Shown: piece by piece, positions 1 to 8,033 of the stretch
Layout of the letters: each line of letters opens with the position of its first letter
Numbering within the stretch: position 1 is the first letter of the stretch
Assembly (NCBI GenBank): GCA_963772365.1
Contig: CAVYXA010000004.1
Span: 64,001-128,000, forward strand
Length of the DNA stretch: 64,000 bases
Source of the DNA: an uncultured Verrucomicrobiae bacterium
GTDB taxonomy: Bacteria > Verrucomicrobiota > Verrucomicrobiia > Chthoniobacterales > UBA10450
Direction of reading: 5' to 3'
Position numbers and translations under genes: made by a program
The notes under the pieces: generated by a model
Told to the model about the DNA's origin: nothing
Database searches by the model: none
The model's input: only the letters and a program-made list of their open reading frames with translations

Positions 1-1292
1 CAAACGGTGGCGGAATCTGGGGGCATTCCGGCGTAGCCAGCGACGGCACGAATATGTTCGTCATTACCGGCAACACGATCGGCACCGGCGGAACTTATAG
101 CCAGGGCGAATCAATCATCCGGTTACAAGCCGGGCCGGTCTTCAACAACAACACCCAGAATTATTGGGCCCCCACTAATTGGTTCTCTCTCGACAATTCC
201 GACTCCGATCTCGGTGGTTGCAGCGCCATGCTCCTCGATGTCCCCGGTGCGACGCCTTCCCAACTCGTCCTGGCTTTGGGCAAAGATCGTAACGCGTATC
301 TGGTGGATCGCAATAATCTTGGCGGAATCACTTCGGCCATCGCGTCGATGAACGTCTCCAGTTCCACACTCCGCGGACAGTCTTCCTGCACCTATCACAC
401 GAGCATGGGGACATATTTCACTTTCCGCGCCGGGACAAGCAACACCCTGGTCGCTTATCGGGTCAACCCCGGCAGCCCTCCCACCATGAGCAGCGCCTGG
501 CTGGTGACACAATCCGGTGAAGGTTCGCCGTTCGTCACTTCCACTGACGGTACGAACAATTTCATTGTCTGGGCATGTGGCGCCGGCGGTTCGCAGCGAT
601 TGAACGGTTACAACGCCGATACCGGCGCGCTGGTTTTTGCTGGCGGCGGATCGAACGAATTGATGAGTGGCACCCGGAAATGGAACACCGGAATCGCCGC
701 ACGTGGCCGCATTTATTATCCCGCCGACAATCGCATCTACGCCTTCAAACTGCCGGTGCCCGAGCTTCAAGTTGCTTCTGCCGTTTCACGCAAAACGCAC
801 GGCGCCGCGGGCGATTTCGATATTGAGCTTCCGCTTTCCGGCCCTCCCGGCGTCGAATGTCGCATCGGCGGCGCGACTAACGATTACCAGTTTGTCTTCA
901 CGTTCAGCAACAATGTCGAAAGCGGGAATGCTACCGTGACCAGCGGAACCGGCACAGTGTCCGGCTCACCGACATTTTCCGGAAACACCATGACCGTGAA
1001 TTTGACCGGCGTGACCGACATGCAAACGATTACAGTCACTCTGAGCGGCGTAACCGATCAGTTCCTCCAGGTCTTGCCCGACACACCCGTGAGCGCAAAC
1101 ATGTTGATCGCCGATACCAACGGCAATGGAACCGTAAACTCCTCAGATGTCGCCCAGACCAAGGGGCAGGTTGGCCAGACGGTGACCAGCGGCAATTTCC
1201 GCACCGACGTCAACGCCAACGGTAAAATCAACTCAACTGATGCAGCGATCGTAAAATCGCACTCGGGCGGCGCGGTCCGGGCACGGATGTAA
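1..1292 (+). CDS. Secreted beta-propeller (PQQ-repeat-like) protein with C-terminal SAVSRKxHG module and dockerin-like domain; 5'-truncated by the window edge
   Basis: Frame is open from nt 3 (NGGGIWGHSGVASDGTNM). Contains propeller-type motifs (DSDLGG, LGKDRNAYLVDRNNLGG) and tandem dockerin-like Ca-binding repeats DTNGNGTVNSSD / DVNANGKINSTD. Confidence 0.7.
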   Translation, partial: NGGGIWGHSGVASDGTNMFVITGNTIGTGGTYSQGESIIRLQAGPVFNNNTQNYWAPTNWFSLDNSDSDLGGCSAMLLDVPGATPSQLVLALGKDRNAYLVDRNNLGGITSAIASMNVSSSTLRGQSSCTYHTSMGTYFTFRAGTSNTLVAYRVNPGSPPTMSSAWLVTQSGEGSPFVTSTDGTNNFIVWACGAGGSQRLNGYNADTGALVFAGGGSNELMSGTRKWNTGIAARGRIYYPADNRIYAFKLPVPELQVASAVSRKTHGAAGDFDIELPLSGPPGVECRIGGATNDYQFVFTFSNNVESGNATVTSGTGTVSGSPTFSGNTMTVNLTGVTDMQTITVTLSGVTDQFLQVLPDTPVSANMLIADTNGNGTVNSSDVAQTKGQVGQTVTSGNFRTDVNANGKINSTDAAIVKSHSGGAVRARM

Positions 1293-1328
1293 TCTTTTTT
1301 GCCCGTCGGTTGTTCGCCAGGCGTTAGA

Positions 1329-1357
1329 TTGCTTTGCGAAATCCTTTGACGTAAAAT
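1329..1357 (+). promoter_or_regulatory. Sigma70-type promoter of the TA operon, probably leaderless
   Basis: TTGCTT (1329-1334), 17 nt spacer, TAAAAT (1352-1357). The GTG start at 1365 lies 7 nt after the -10 box, with no Shine-Dalgarno. Confidence 0.55.
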
Positions 1358-1364
1358 TGACGCT

Positions 1365-1550
1365 GTGGATGCAATCGCCGAAAAACTGAACACGAAGCTG
1401 AGTACATGGAAGCCAGAGGTTTCACGTGAAGTACGCGCTGTGGTCTCCGACGTGATCGAGGCCGCCGACAACGACACGCTCGACCTGCAACGCTCGCGGG
1501 CTGTCGAGCAGGAAGTGCTCGACCAATTGGATGAGTCCGCATCCAGGTGA
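1365..1550 (+). CDS. Putative antitoxin (61 aa, acidic)
   Basis: Small acidic ORF directly upstream of, and overlapping, a PemK/MazF toxin gene. Confidence 0.6.
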   Translation: MDAIAEKLNTKLSTWKPEVSREVRAVVSDVIEAADNDTLDLQRSRAVEQEVLDQLDESASR

Positions 1551-1986
1551 GGTTTGGCTAGCCGACCTCGGGTTGGCTGCGAAGACCCGGGCAGTTGTGA
1601 TTCTCTCGCGGCACGATCCAGAGGCGCCCCGCGCACTTGTCGAGTACGTGCCGCTGACGATACAAAACCGCGGGAGTCGATACGAGGTCATCCTGCCACA
1701 ACTGCGTTTTCTACGCGAGACGAGCATCGCGAATGTGCAAGGCATCGCCTCGATTCCGTTGGCTCGACTCGAGCGAAAGCTCGGCGAACTAGCTCCCGAC
1801 ACGCTCATAGCAATCCGCAAAGTGAGCAACGCGCAACGGACGTCACCCAAATCCAGTCTACAAGCTGGTCAGCCCACGAGCGACACTAATGCTCCGCACG
1901 ACGTAAGCGCCAACGGTACAATCAACTCGACTGATGCAACGATCGTGAAATCCCACTCGGGCGGCGCCGTTCGTCCGAATGAGTAA
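1531..1986 (+). CDS. PemK/MazF family endoribonuclease toxin with aberrant dockerin-derived C-terminal extension
   Basis: PGEVWLADLG..KTRAVVILSR..YVPLT..SIANVQGIASI is a PemK/MazF pattern. The last ~50 aa resemble the 3' end of the upstream gene. Confidence 0.8.
   Translation: MSPHPGEVWLADLGLAAKTRAVVILSRHDPEAPRALVEYVPLTIQNRGSRYEVILPQLRFLRETSIANVQGIASIPLARLERKLGELAPDTLIAIRKVSNAQRTSPKSSLQAGQPTSDTNAPHDVSANGTINSTDATIVKSHSGGAVRPNE
1823..1986 (+). repeat. Degenerate direct-repeat copy of the 3' end (approx. 1135-1292) of the upstream dockerin gene
   Basis: gacgtaagcgccaacggtacaatcaactcgactgatgcaacgatcgtgaaatcccactcgggcggcgc versus gacgtcaacgccaacggtaaaatcaactcaactgatgcagcgatcgtaaaatcgcactcgggcggcgc. 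Confidence 0.85.
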
Positions 1987-1991
1987 GTCGC

Positions 1992-3236
1992 CTAACGACA
2001 GACGTGCGTTTCCGGGTTCATTCGATATTTCCAGTCAGACCCGTTTGAGCCAGCTTCGCTCAAAGCGGAATCGACGAGCGAGCGATTCGCGGACAATGTG
2101 CAGACCGGATCCGTGTTGGCGGCGTTGCCGGTGAGCAACGCCGCTTGGCAACGGCAGCCACCGAAATCGATTTCTTTTTTCGGACAACTCCGACACGGCT
2201 CCGGCATCCAATCGGTTCCGCGAAACCGGTTAAAGCTCTCCGATTCTCGCCAGATCCAATCGAGCGACTGCTCCCGGACATTTTCGAATTGCATATCCGG
2301 AATCGCCGATGATGCCGTCGGACAGGGCGAGACGTCGCCGATCGGATTGACGGTGAGATAGCGCTGGCCCCAGCCGTTTAGGCACGGTTTCGGCCGCGTT
2401 TCGTAATAATCGGGCAGGACATAAAAGATGTCGATCTTACTGGCTAGCCGTTCTTTTGCCGCAGCCGCGATTTCACGGGCACGCTCGACTTGTTCGCGCG
2501 TCGGCAATAACGCGGCCCGATTCAAAAATGCCCAGCCGTAGAATTGCGTGTTGGCCAGCTCGACCCGATCGGCGCCGAGCTCTTCTGTCAGATCGATCAT
2601 CTCTTCCAACTGATCGATGTTGTGCCGATGCAAAACGAAATTAAGGCTGAGAGAAATGCCGGCGCTGCGAATTAGCGCCGCGGCGTGGAGCTTTCGTTGA
2701 TGTGCTCGCGCGCCTGCGATCTCATCGGCAAGATCGACATCGGCAGCTTGAAAACTGAGTTGCACAGAATCAAGGCCGGCGTCCCGCAATTCATTGACCC
2801 GCTTTTCATCGAGGATGATGCCGCTGGTGATCAGATTGGTGTAGAGATTGGATTCCCGAGCCGCGCGAATAATCGCGGCAAGATCGCGCCGAACCAGCGG
2901 TTCACCGCCGGAAAAGCCAACCTGCAATACGCCCAGCGCTGCCGCTTCACGAACAACGCGGAGCCATTCCTCGGTGGTCAATTCCGCATGAAGTGCTGTA
3001 GCGTGCGCTGTCCTCAGCGCATCTGTTGATGGCGCCGCTCGGCTTCCGCTGAGGAGAGCGGACGCTACACTGACCGGATTCGAGCAATACGGACAATGCA
3101 GCGGACAACGATGTGTCAGCTCCGCCAGCAATGCGTATGGACGCGGCGGCGCTGTAGGGGAAGCTGATAGCTTCCCGCGTGGCTGCGTTTTAGGGAAAGT
3201 GTCAGTTTCCCCTACAGTTTTCTTTGTCGTGCTCAT
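1992..3236 (-). CDS. pqqE: PqqA peptide cyclase, radical SAM/SPASM
   Basis: LLAELTHRCPLHCPYCSNP, GFSGGEPL, PKPCLNGWG, DFGGCRCQA; lies in pqq operon context. Confidence 0.97.
   Translation of the reverse strand: MSTTKKTVGETDTFPKTQPRGKLSASPTAPPRPYALLAELTHRCPLHCPYCSNPVSVASALLSGSRAAPSTDALRTAHATALHAELTTEEWLRVVREAAALGVLQVGFSGGEPLVRRDLAAIIRAARESNLYTNLITSGIILDEKRVNELRDAGLDSVQLSFQAADVDLADEIAGARAHQRKLHAAALIRSAGISLSLNFVLHRHNIDQLEEMIDLTEELGADRVELANTQFYGWAFLNRAALLPTREQVERAREIAAAAKERLASKIDIFYVLPDYYETRPKPCLNGWGQRYLTVNPIGDVSPCPTASSAIPDMQFENVREQSLDWIWRESESFNRFRGTDWMPEPCRSCPKKEIDFGGCRCQAALLTGNAANTDPVCTLSANRSLVDSALSEAGSNGSDWKYRMNPETHVCR
2997..3069. repeat. GTAG-type palindromic REP-like doublet, in frame inside pqqE
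   Basis: 23-nt inverted arms (21/23 complementary). Nt 2995-3022 is identical over 28 nt to intergenic 20892-20919. Confidence 0.9.
3152..3217. repeat. GTAG-type palindromic REP-like doublet, in frame in the pqqE N-terminus
   Basis: Arms ctgtaggggaagctgatagcttccc / gggaaagtgtcagtttcccctacag (21/25 complementary). A related arm lies at 12697-12719. Confidence 0.85.
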
Positions 3237-3511
3237 GCGAACTCGATCAATTTTCGGCGCTGAAAATCCGAGAGCGTCTCCTGAACATCTGCTGCAATTG
3301 TGGCAGGATCGACATCGTATTCTTTGGCGAGGTCGCTGATGATTTCCCCAAGTACCCGCCCATCACAACGCGCCATGATTTCGTGAGCGGTTTCGTTCAG
3401 TTCGACGATCCCCTCTGGATGAAGCAGGACAGATTTACCGCTGGCATTATCAATCTGGAAGCGAACGCCCGGCGCAAGACGTGGCCGCATGTCGTCACGA
3501 ATTGTTTGCAT
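3233..3511 (-). CDS. pqqD: PQQ biosynthesis peptide chaperone (RRE domain)
   Basis: RPRLAPGVRF..VLLHPEGIVELNETAHEIMARCDG; located between pqqC and pqqE. Start chosen at ATG 3511 (3517 is an alternative). Confidence 0.93.
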   Translation of the reverse strand: MQTIRDDMRPRLAPGVRFQIDNASGKSVLLHPEGIVELNETAHEIMARCDGRVLGEIISDLAKEYDVDPATIAADVQETLSDFQRRKLIEFA

Positions 3512-4268
3512 AAGCATGATGAATTGCGTCCAGAATCGCCCAGAGCAGATCGCATTTGAACTGGAGCGCGCGAACGGCGGCTTCCTGTAGCTCGCGCGTG
3601 TTGCAATAACGCATGGTGATCTCGAGGGCTTCGGTCGAATCCCGCCGGGCTTGAGTAACCCGCCGCCGAAAATAATCGAGTCCACTTGTGTCGATCCACG
3701 TATAAAATTTTTCGAACGCGGCGAGACGCGTCGCCATCAAATCGGGCGCGAACAGTTCCGTGAGCGACGAGGCGATTGCGACCGGCCATGGCTCGCGTCG
3801 AGCGAAATTCACGTAGGCATCGACCGCGAACCGGACGCCGGGCAGAAGATGTCGATCCTGCAACAAATCTTCTCTCGATAATCCACACGCTTGGCCCAAT
3901 CGCAGCCAGGCTTCGATCCCGCCTTCTCTGATCGGATTGTCGCCTCGGCTGTCCTGAACCGATTGCCCCTGTGATCCGCTGAGGACAGCGGACTCTACAG
4001 CGTCGATCAGCCCGTCATGATCGACAATCCGATGGACCCAGACCCGCCGCACGTCGCGCTCGGGACAATTGGAAAGAATGGCGGCGTCTTTGATCGGGAT
4101 GTTGCGCTGGTAATAAAACCGGTTTGCCACCCAGCCGCGCAACGCTTCCTTCGAAAGCCGGCCCTCATTCATCGCAAGATGAAACGGATGTTTGTCGTGA
4201 TAAGCGCGTCCGCCGGTCTCGCGCAGTTTCTCGATGAAAATCTCGCGATCCCAAACCGTGGCGGTCAT
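3495..4268 (-). CDS. pqqC: Pyrroloquinoline-quinone synthase
   Basis: YHDKHPFH, WVANRFYYQRNIPIKDAAILSNCP, RIVDHDG, GVRFAVDAYVNF, SSLTELFAP, FKCDLLWAILDA. Confidence 0.97.
   Translation of the reverse strand: MTATVWDREIFIEKLRETGGRAYHDKHPFHLAMNEGRLSKEALRGWVANRFYYQRNIPIKDAAILSNCPERDVRRVWVHRIVDHDGLIDAVESAVLSGSQGQSVQDSRGDNPIREGGIEAWLRLGQACGLSREDLLQDRHLLPGVRFAVDAYVNFARREPWPVAIASSLTELFAPDLMATRLAAFEKFYTWIDTSGLDYFRRRVTQARRDSTEALEITMRYCNTRELQEAAVRALQFKCDLLWAILDAIHHAYANNS
3938..3999. repeat. Degenerate REP-like doublet, in frame inside pqqC
   Basis: Arm tccgctgaggacagcggactctaca (3975-3999) matches the pqqE arm tccgctgaggagagcggacgctaca at 23/25. It falls between HDG and EGGIEAW. Confidence 0.75.
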
Positions 4269-5164
4269 AAAACGATTTCCATTCCATCGAATCCGATCTC
4301 AACTCCCGCCTTTTCGACTTGTTGTCGCTCCTCTGAGCCGGGCATCAGAATCGGATTGGTATTGTTGATGTGAGTGTAAACCTTCCGGCTTGCCGACAAA
4401 CTGCGCAACAAATCGAGAGACCCGTCGCGAATCGGCAAATGATGCATTTCCTGCGCGGTGCGCGCACCTGCCCGAACGGCAGATAACTCGTCGTTTGACC
4501 AAAAAGTTCCGTCGAACAGGATCACATCGGAGGCGTGGATTGCCTCGCGCAGATGATCTGTCAGTTCGCCAACCGCCGGCGCGATCACGGCACTCTTGCC
4601 GGAGTTTTCATCACGCAATTGAAAAGCAATGCTCTCGGGCAATGGAATCGCGGAAACGGAAATCTTCAGGCCGGGCAAGATTGAGCTTTGTAGGGCAACC
4701 GCTTCGGTTGCCGAGGCAGGCGGAGCGCCTGCCCTACAATTCGTGATGTCTGGGTTCAGGTCGCGCCATTCTATTCCGCAAAATTGTCTGAGCAGATTGT
4801 CGATCCAATTCAGCGCGATCCGCGTGGACCGATCGGCATAAACAAGCAACGGTTGCTCCCGTTGCCGCAGCAAAACCAGACCCAGCGCATGATCGATGTC
4901 CGCATTGGTGAGAAGAACGGCCGCGATGGGACTGTTCCGCAACGAATGGGGCCGCGGTTGCAGTTCTGGCGTGCTCTCGATTTGACGCGCCAGATCCGGT
5001 GAAGCGTTGATGAGAAACCAATGTCGATCATCGGCAGTGACGGCGACGCTCGACTGCGTCTGCGGTTGAATTTTTCCCGCGCGTGCGGCAAAGCAATTTG
5101 GACAAGCGCAATTCCATTGCGGCAGGCCGCCACCCGCCGCGCTCCCGAGAATTCGGATACGAAT
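4265..5164 (-). CDS. pqqB: PQQ biosynthesis protein PqqB (MBL fold), apparent ATT start
   Basis: The frame extends upstream of the ORF-track start as (I)RIRILGSAAGGGLPQWNCACPNC..QSS..WFLINASPDL..NADIDH..FDGTFW..HINNTNP. An in-frame TAG lies two codons before ATT (5164-5162). Confidence 0.93.
   Translation of the reverse strand: MRIRILGSAAGGGLPQWNCACPNCFAARAGKIQPQTQSSVAVTADDRHWFLINASPDLARQIESTPELQPRPHSLRNSPIAAVLLTNADIDHALGLVLLRQREQPLLVYADRSTRIALNWIDNLLRQFCGIEWRDLNPDITNCRAGAPPASATEAVALQSSILPGLKISVSAIPLPESIAFQLRDENSGKSAVIAPAVGELTDHLREAIHASDVILFDGTFWSNDELSAVRAGARTAQEMHHLPIRDGSLDLLRSLSASRKVYTHINNTNPILMPGSEERQQVEKAGVEIGFDGMEIVL
4688..4739. repeat. GTAG-type palindromic REP-like doublet, in frame inside pqqB
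   Basis: Terminal inverted repeat ttgtagggca / tgccctacaa overlapping two internal hairpins (ggcaaccgcttcggttgcc, ggcaggcggagcgcctgcc). Confidence 0.85.
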
Positions 5165-5181
5165 GACCTACCCTCGCTCGA

Positions 5182-5271
5182 TCAGACAGCAGCCGCGTAG
5201 CAGGTGCACTCGAAAAAGATCGGCACGTAGCGCGCTGCGGGTTTGATCCACTTTTTCCTGTTCGATTTCAT
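5182..5271 (-). CDS. pqqA: PQQ precursor peptide (29 aa) MKSNRKKWIKPAARYVPIFFECTCYAAAV
   Basis: Manually translated. Has W-x-x-P and E-x-x-x-Y motifs and lies immediately upstream of pqqB, with GGAG a short distance upstream. Confidence 0.9.
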   Translation of the reverse strand: MKSNRKKWIKPAARYVPIFFECTCYAAAV

Positions 5272-5397
5272 AGACGCCCTTGAGTCTCCTCTTATATCGC
5301 GAAACTAAGCCGGCTGCAATGCTAATTGTCTTCTAGCGGTTGCCGGGACGAAACCGCCGCCGCGCGAATCTGCTGCGAATGTAACTACGTGCACGCC

Positions 5398-6486
5398 GTG
5401 GCGAAGAGGCAAAACAAACGGAAGATCGACAAGGCAGCCGATCCAGGCAAAGCCGCCGAAGAGGCCGGACTTCGTTACGTCAGCGACGACCGGCCCGGTT
5501 ATTCGCGCATACGGCGCGGTAAAGACTTCGACTACTTCGACACCGAAGACAAACCGATCCGCGACGAGCAACGCCTGCTCCGCATCAAGCGCCTGGCCAT
5601 TCCACCAGCATGGACGGACGTTTGGATTTGCCCCTCGCCTAATGGACATATCCAGGCGACCGGCCGCGATGCCCGTCGCCGGAAACAATATCGGTATCAC
5701 GATCGGTGGCGCGAGGTGCGCGACGAAAACAAATACGACAAGATGGTGATATTTGCGCGGGCGCTTCCGAAGATCCGAAAACGGGTTGCGCGAGATTTGA
5801 GACGCAAAGGCCTGCCGCGCGAGAAAGTGCTGGCCACGGTGGTGCAATTGCTGGAGCGCACATTCATACGGATCGGAAACGAAGAATACGCTCGTGACAA
5901 CAATTCGTTTGGGCTGACCACGATGGAGGATCGACATGTTCAGGTGAAGGGCTCAAAACTACGGTTCCGGTTTCGCGGCAAAAGCGGGCGTCAGCATGAA
6001 GTCGATGTTTCGGATCGACGGATCGCCAAAATCGTCTCCAAGCTGCAGGAGTTGCGGGGCCAGGAATTATTCCAGTATCTCGATGACGATGGTGAAGTGC
6101 GCGATGTGACTTCGCAGGATGTGAACGATTACCTGCGCGAAATCACCGGGGAAGATTTCACCGCGAAAGATTTTCGGACCTGGGCCGGGACCGTCCTTGC
6201 GGCGATGGCTTTGAATGCGCAGGAACAATTCGAGACCAAGAAGCAGGCGAAGAGCAATGTGCGAACGGCGATCAGCGCCGTCGCAGAAATGCTCGGCAAT
6301 ACACCGGCGATCTGCCGGAAATGCTACGTCCATCCAGCTCTCCTCGAGGCGTATCTCGATCGCATTTCCATCGAGGGATTGAAGCGAACGATCGCGAACG
6401 GCCAGAAGACTGTCGATCTTCGGTCGAGCGAGAGCGCTGTGCTCGAGTTTCTCGAGACGCGTCTGAAAGAGAAAAACGGAAGCTGA
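5398..6486 (+). CDS. DNA topoisomerase IB (poxvirus-like bacterial family)
   Basis: LAIPPAWTDVWIC, GRDARRRKQYRYH, IRIGNEEY, FRGKSG, KDFRTWAGT, LGNTPAICRKCYVHP. Start (GTG 5398) is uncertain. Confidence 0.93.
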   Translation: MAKRQNKRKIDKAADPGKAAEEAGLRYVSDDRPGYSRIRRGKDFDYFDTEDKPIRDEQRLLRIKRLAIPPAWTDVWICPSPNGHIQATGRDARRRKQYRYHDRWREVRDENKYDKMVIFARALPKIRKRVARDLRRKGLPREKVLATVVQLLERTFIRIGNEEYARDNNSFGLTTMEDRHVQVKGSKLRFRFRGKSGRQHEVDVSDRRIAKIVSKLQELRGQELFQYLDDDGEVRDVTSQDVNDYLREITGEDFTAKDFRTWAGTVLAAMALNAQEQFETKKQAKSNVRTAISAVAEMLGNTPAICRKCYVHPALLEAYLDRISIEGLKRTIANGQKTVDLRSSESAVLEFLETRLKEKNGS

Positions 6487-6501
6487 TTTCGCCGAACGGC
6501 G

Positions 6502-7617
6502 TCACTCTTTCTTTTGTTTTTCCAGTTCCGGCAATTCGACGTCCTTATTTTCCAATGTGCCGCTGAACGCTTTTACAAAAGCGTTTCGAAATGCATTAAA
6601 CACGGTTTCAATGATGTCCGGTTGCGGATTGTCGAATGTGCCGGCAAACGGGACCTTGGTGCCGAAGCGATCTTTCGGTTGATTTCGCACAATATGCGTG
6701 ATCCCGCCGACGATCGCCTGCCAGACAAAGCTCAGTGGATTTTCAGCGTCATGTTCGGGATTGAAGATGCTCATGTGGTCGAACACTGGCTCGACATATC
6801 CCTGATATGCGCCTTTGCTCGCGCTGGCTTCCATGGCCATTCTGAAGGTGCCTTTCTCGAAGGTGAAATTGCCATAGGCTTTCGCGAAATCATTTAGTTT
6901 GACCAGCGGGATCTCCTTCAGCTCGACGTTCAGTGAAAATGTGGGATTCGCTGCATAAGGATCGAGAGCCATTTGCACTCGTCCGTGCCCGGCCTGCAAC
7001 GGCCGGCCTTTAATCTCGACTTCGGCAATCAGCGTTTTCGAAAGCTTTTTACTGTTGGTGAGATTGCTCGCGATCATCTCGATCTGGTCCACGGTGATAT
7101 TGACTTTCGGAGTTTTGTTAAAATCGCGATAATAAATCTCGCCGTCGTGGATGGTGAATCGATTAATCTTTAGCGGATAAAGTTGCTTGATTTTTTGCGC
7201 CCATGGCTCATCCACCGGCGCCTGTCTCTCGGATACGCTCGGACCGTTTACGAGATTCATGTTGGGCCGATAAATCTGAATCTCGCCCACCATCGATCTT
7301 TCGAAGATGAGCGCTTTCCATTGCACATTAAAATCAATTAGCGGCGCGGAAAAGAACGGAACCGGTACATCCCCGCTGGTTTTTTTAATGTCGAGATTGT
7401 GAATTTGATAGGCTCCACGCCAGAGATGGAGTGTGACCGCGGCGATGTGCGCACGATAACCGTGAATCTCGGAAAGCTTGCGGTTCACATAATCGCGAAC
7501 CCAGACCGCGAGGTAGGCGTGCACGATAACGAACGCGACGACGAACACCATCAGCAGCCAAAACCACCAGCGTCGGACGAGCCAACTGAGGCGCACTGTT
7601 TTGGTTAACGATTTCAT
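6502..7617 (-). CDS. DUF748/AsmA-like membrane-anchored protein
   Basis: N-terminal TM segment, YVNRKL..LHLWRGAY, beta-rich body, NAFRNAFV. Confidence 0.7.
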   Translation of the reverse strand: MKSLTKTVRLSWLVRRWWFWLLMVFVVAFVIVHAYLAVWVRDYVNRKLSEIHGYRAHIAAVTLHLWRGAYQIHNLDIKKTSGDVPVPFFSAPLIDFNVQWKALIFERSMVGEIQIYRPNMNLVNGPSVSERQAPVDEPWAQKIKQLYPLKINRFTIHDGEIYYRDFNKTPKVNITVDQIEMIASNLTNSKKLSKTLIAEVEIKGRPLQAGHGRVQMALDPYAANPTFSLNVELKEIPLVKLNDFAKAYGNFTFEKGTFRMAMEASASKGAYQGYVEPVFDHMSIFNPEHDAENPLSFVWQAIVGGITHIVRNQPKDRFGTKVPFAGTFDNPQPDIIETVFNAFRNAFVKAFSGTLENKDVELPELEKQKKE

Positions 7618-8033
7618 GAGAGGCGCTTTCGGGCGCGCCCTAAAGGAATCGTTCTCGAAATGCGCCGTGGTTGCACTGCCGCAATCTGCTTATGCTGTGT
7701 GTAGACGATCCTCGCGATTCTAGGCCGAGAACGCTTCCTGTCGGTTGCACGACGGATTTGGGTCAGGATCCATGGCAACTCCAGCACACGTAAAAACAGG
7801 CTCGACTCCGTTGACATTGCCGGGATTGTCGGCACAGTGGCGGCGACCATAGAGAAAAGAGGCGCGCTCTGGCAGCCGCTAGTCCAAACGCAATTCCCTC
7901 CAGGCCAACTCGCATTCACCGAGGTTGGTGTTCTGTTCTCCGCGATCAGCGGGACTGACGAGAACCGGGTTGCCTGGCCTAAGCGCTGCTACCGATCTTC
8001 TTCTCAACTAATTCAACCCCCAGTTTTAACGAT

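Noticed and set aside
1..770. First gene as the PQQ-dependent dehydrogenase served by the pqq operon
   Set aside because: Only a propeller fragment is visible, no catalytic quinoprotein motifs can be confirmed, and adjacency alone is insufficient.
4943..5164. pqqB as truncated or frameshifted, as the ORF track implies
   Set aside because: Manual translation shows one continuous frame up to 5164; only a canonical start codon is missing.
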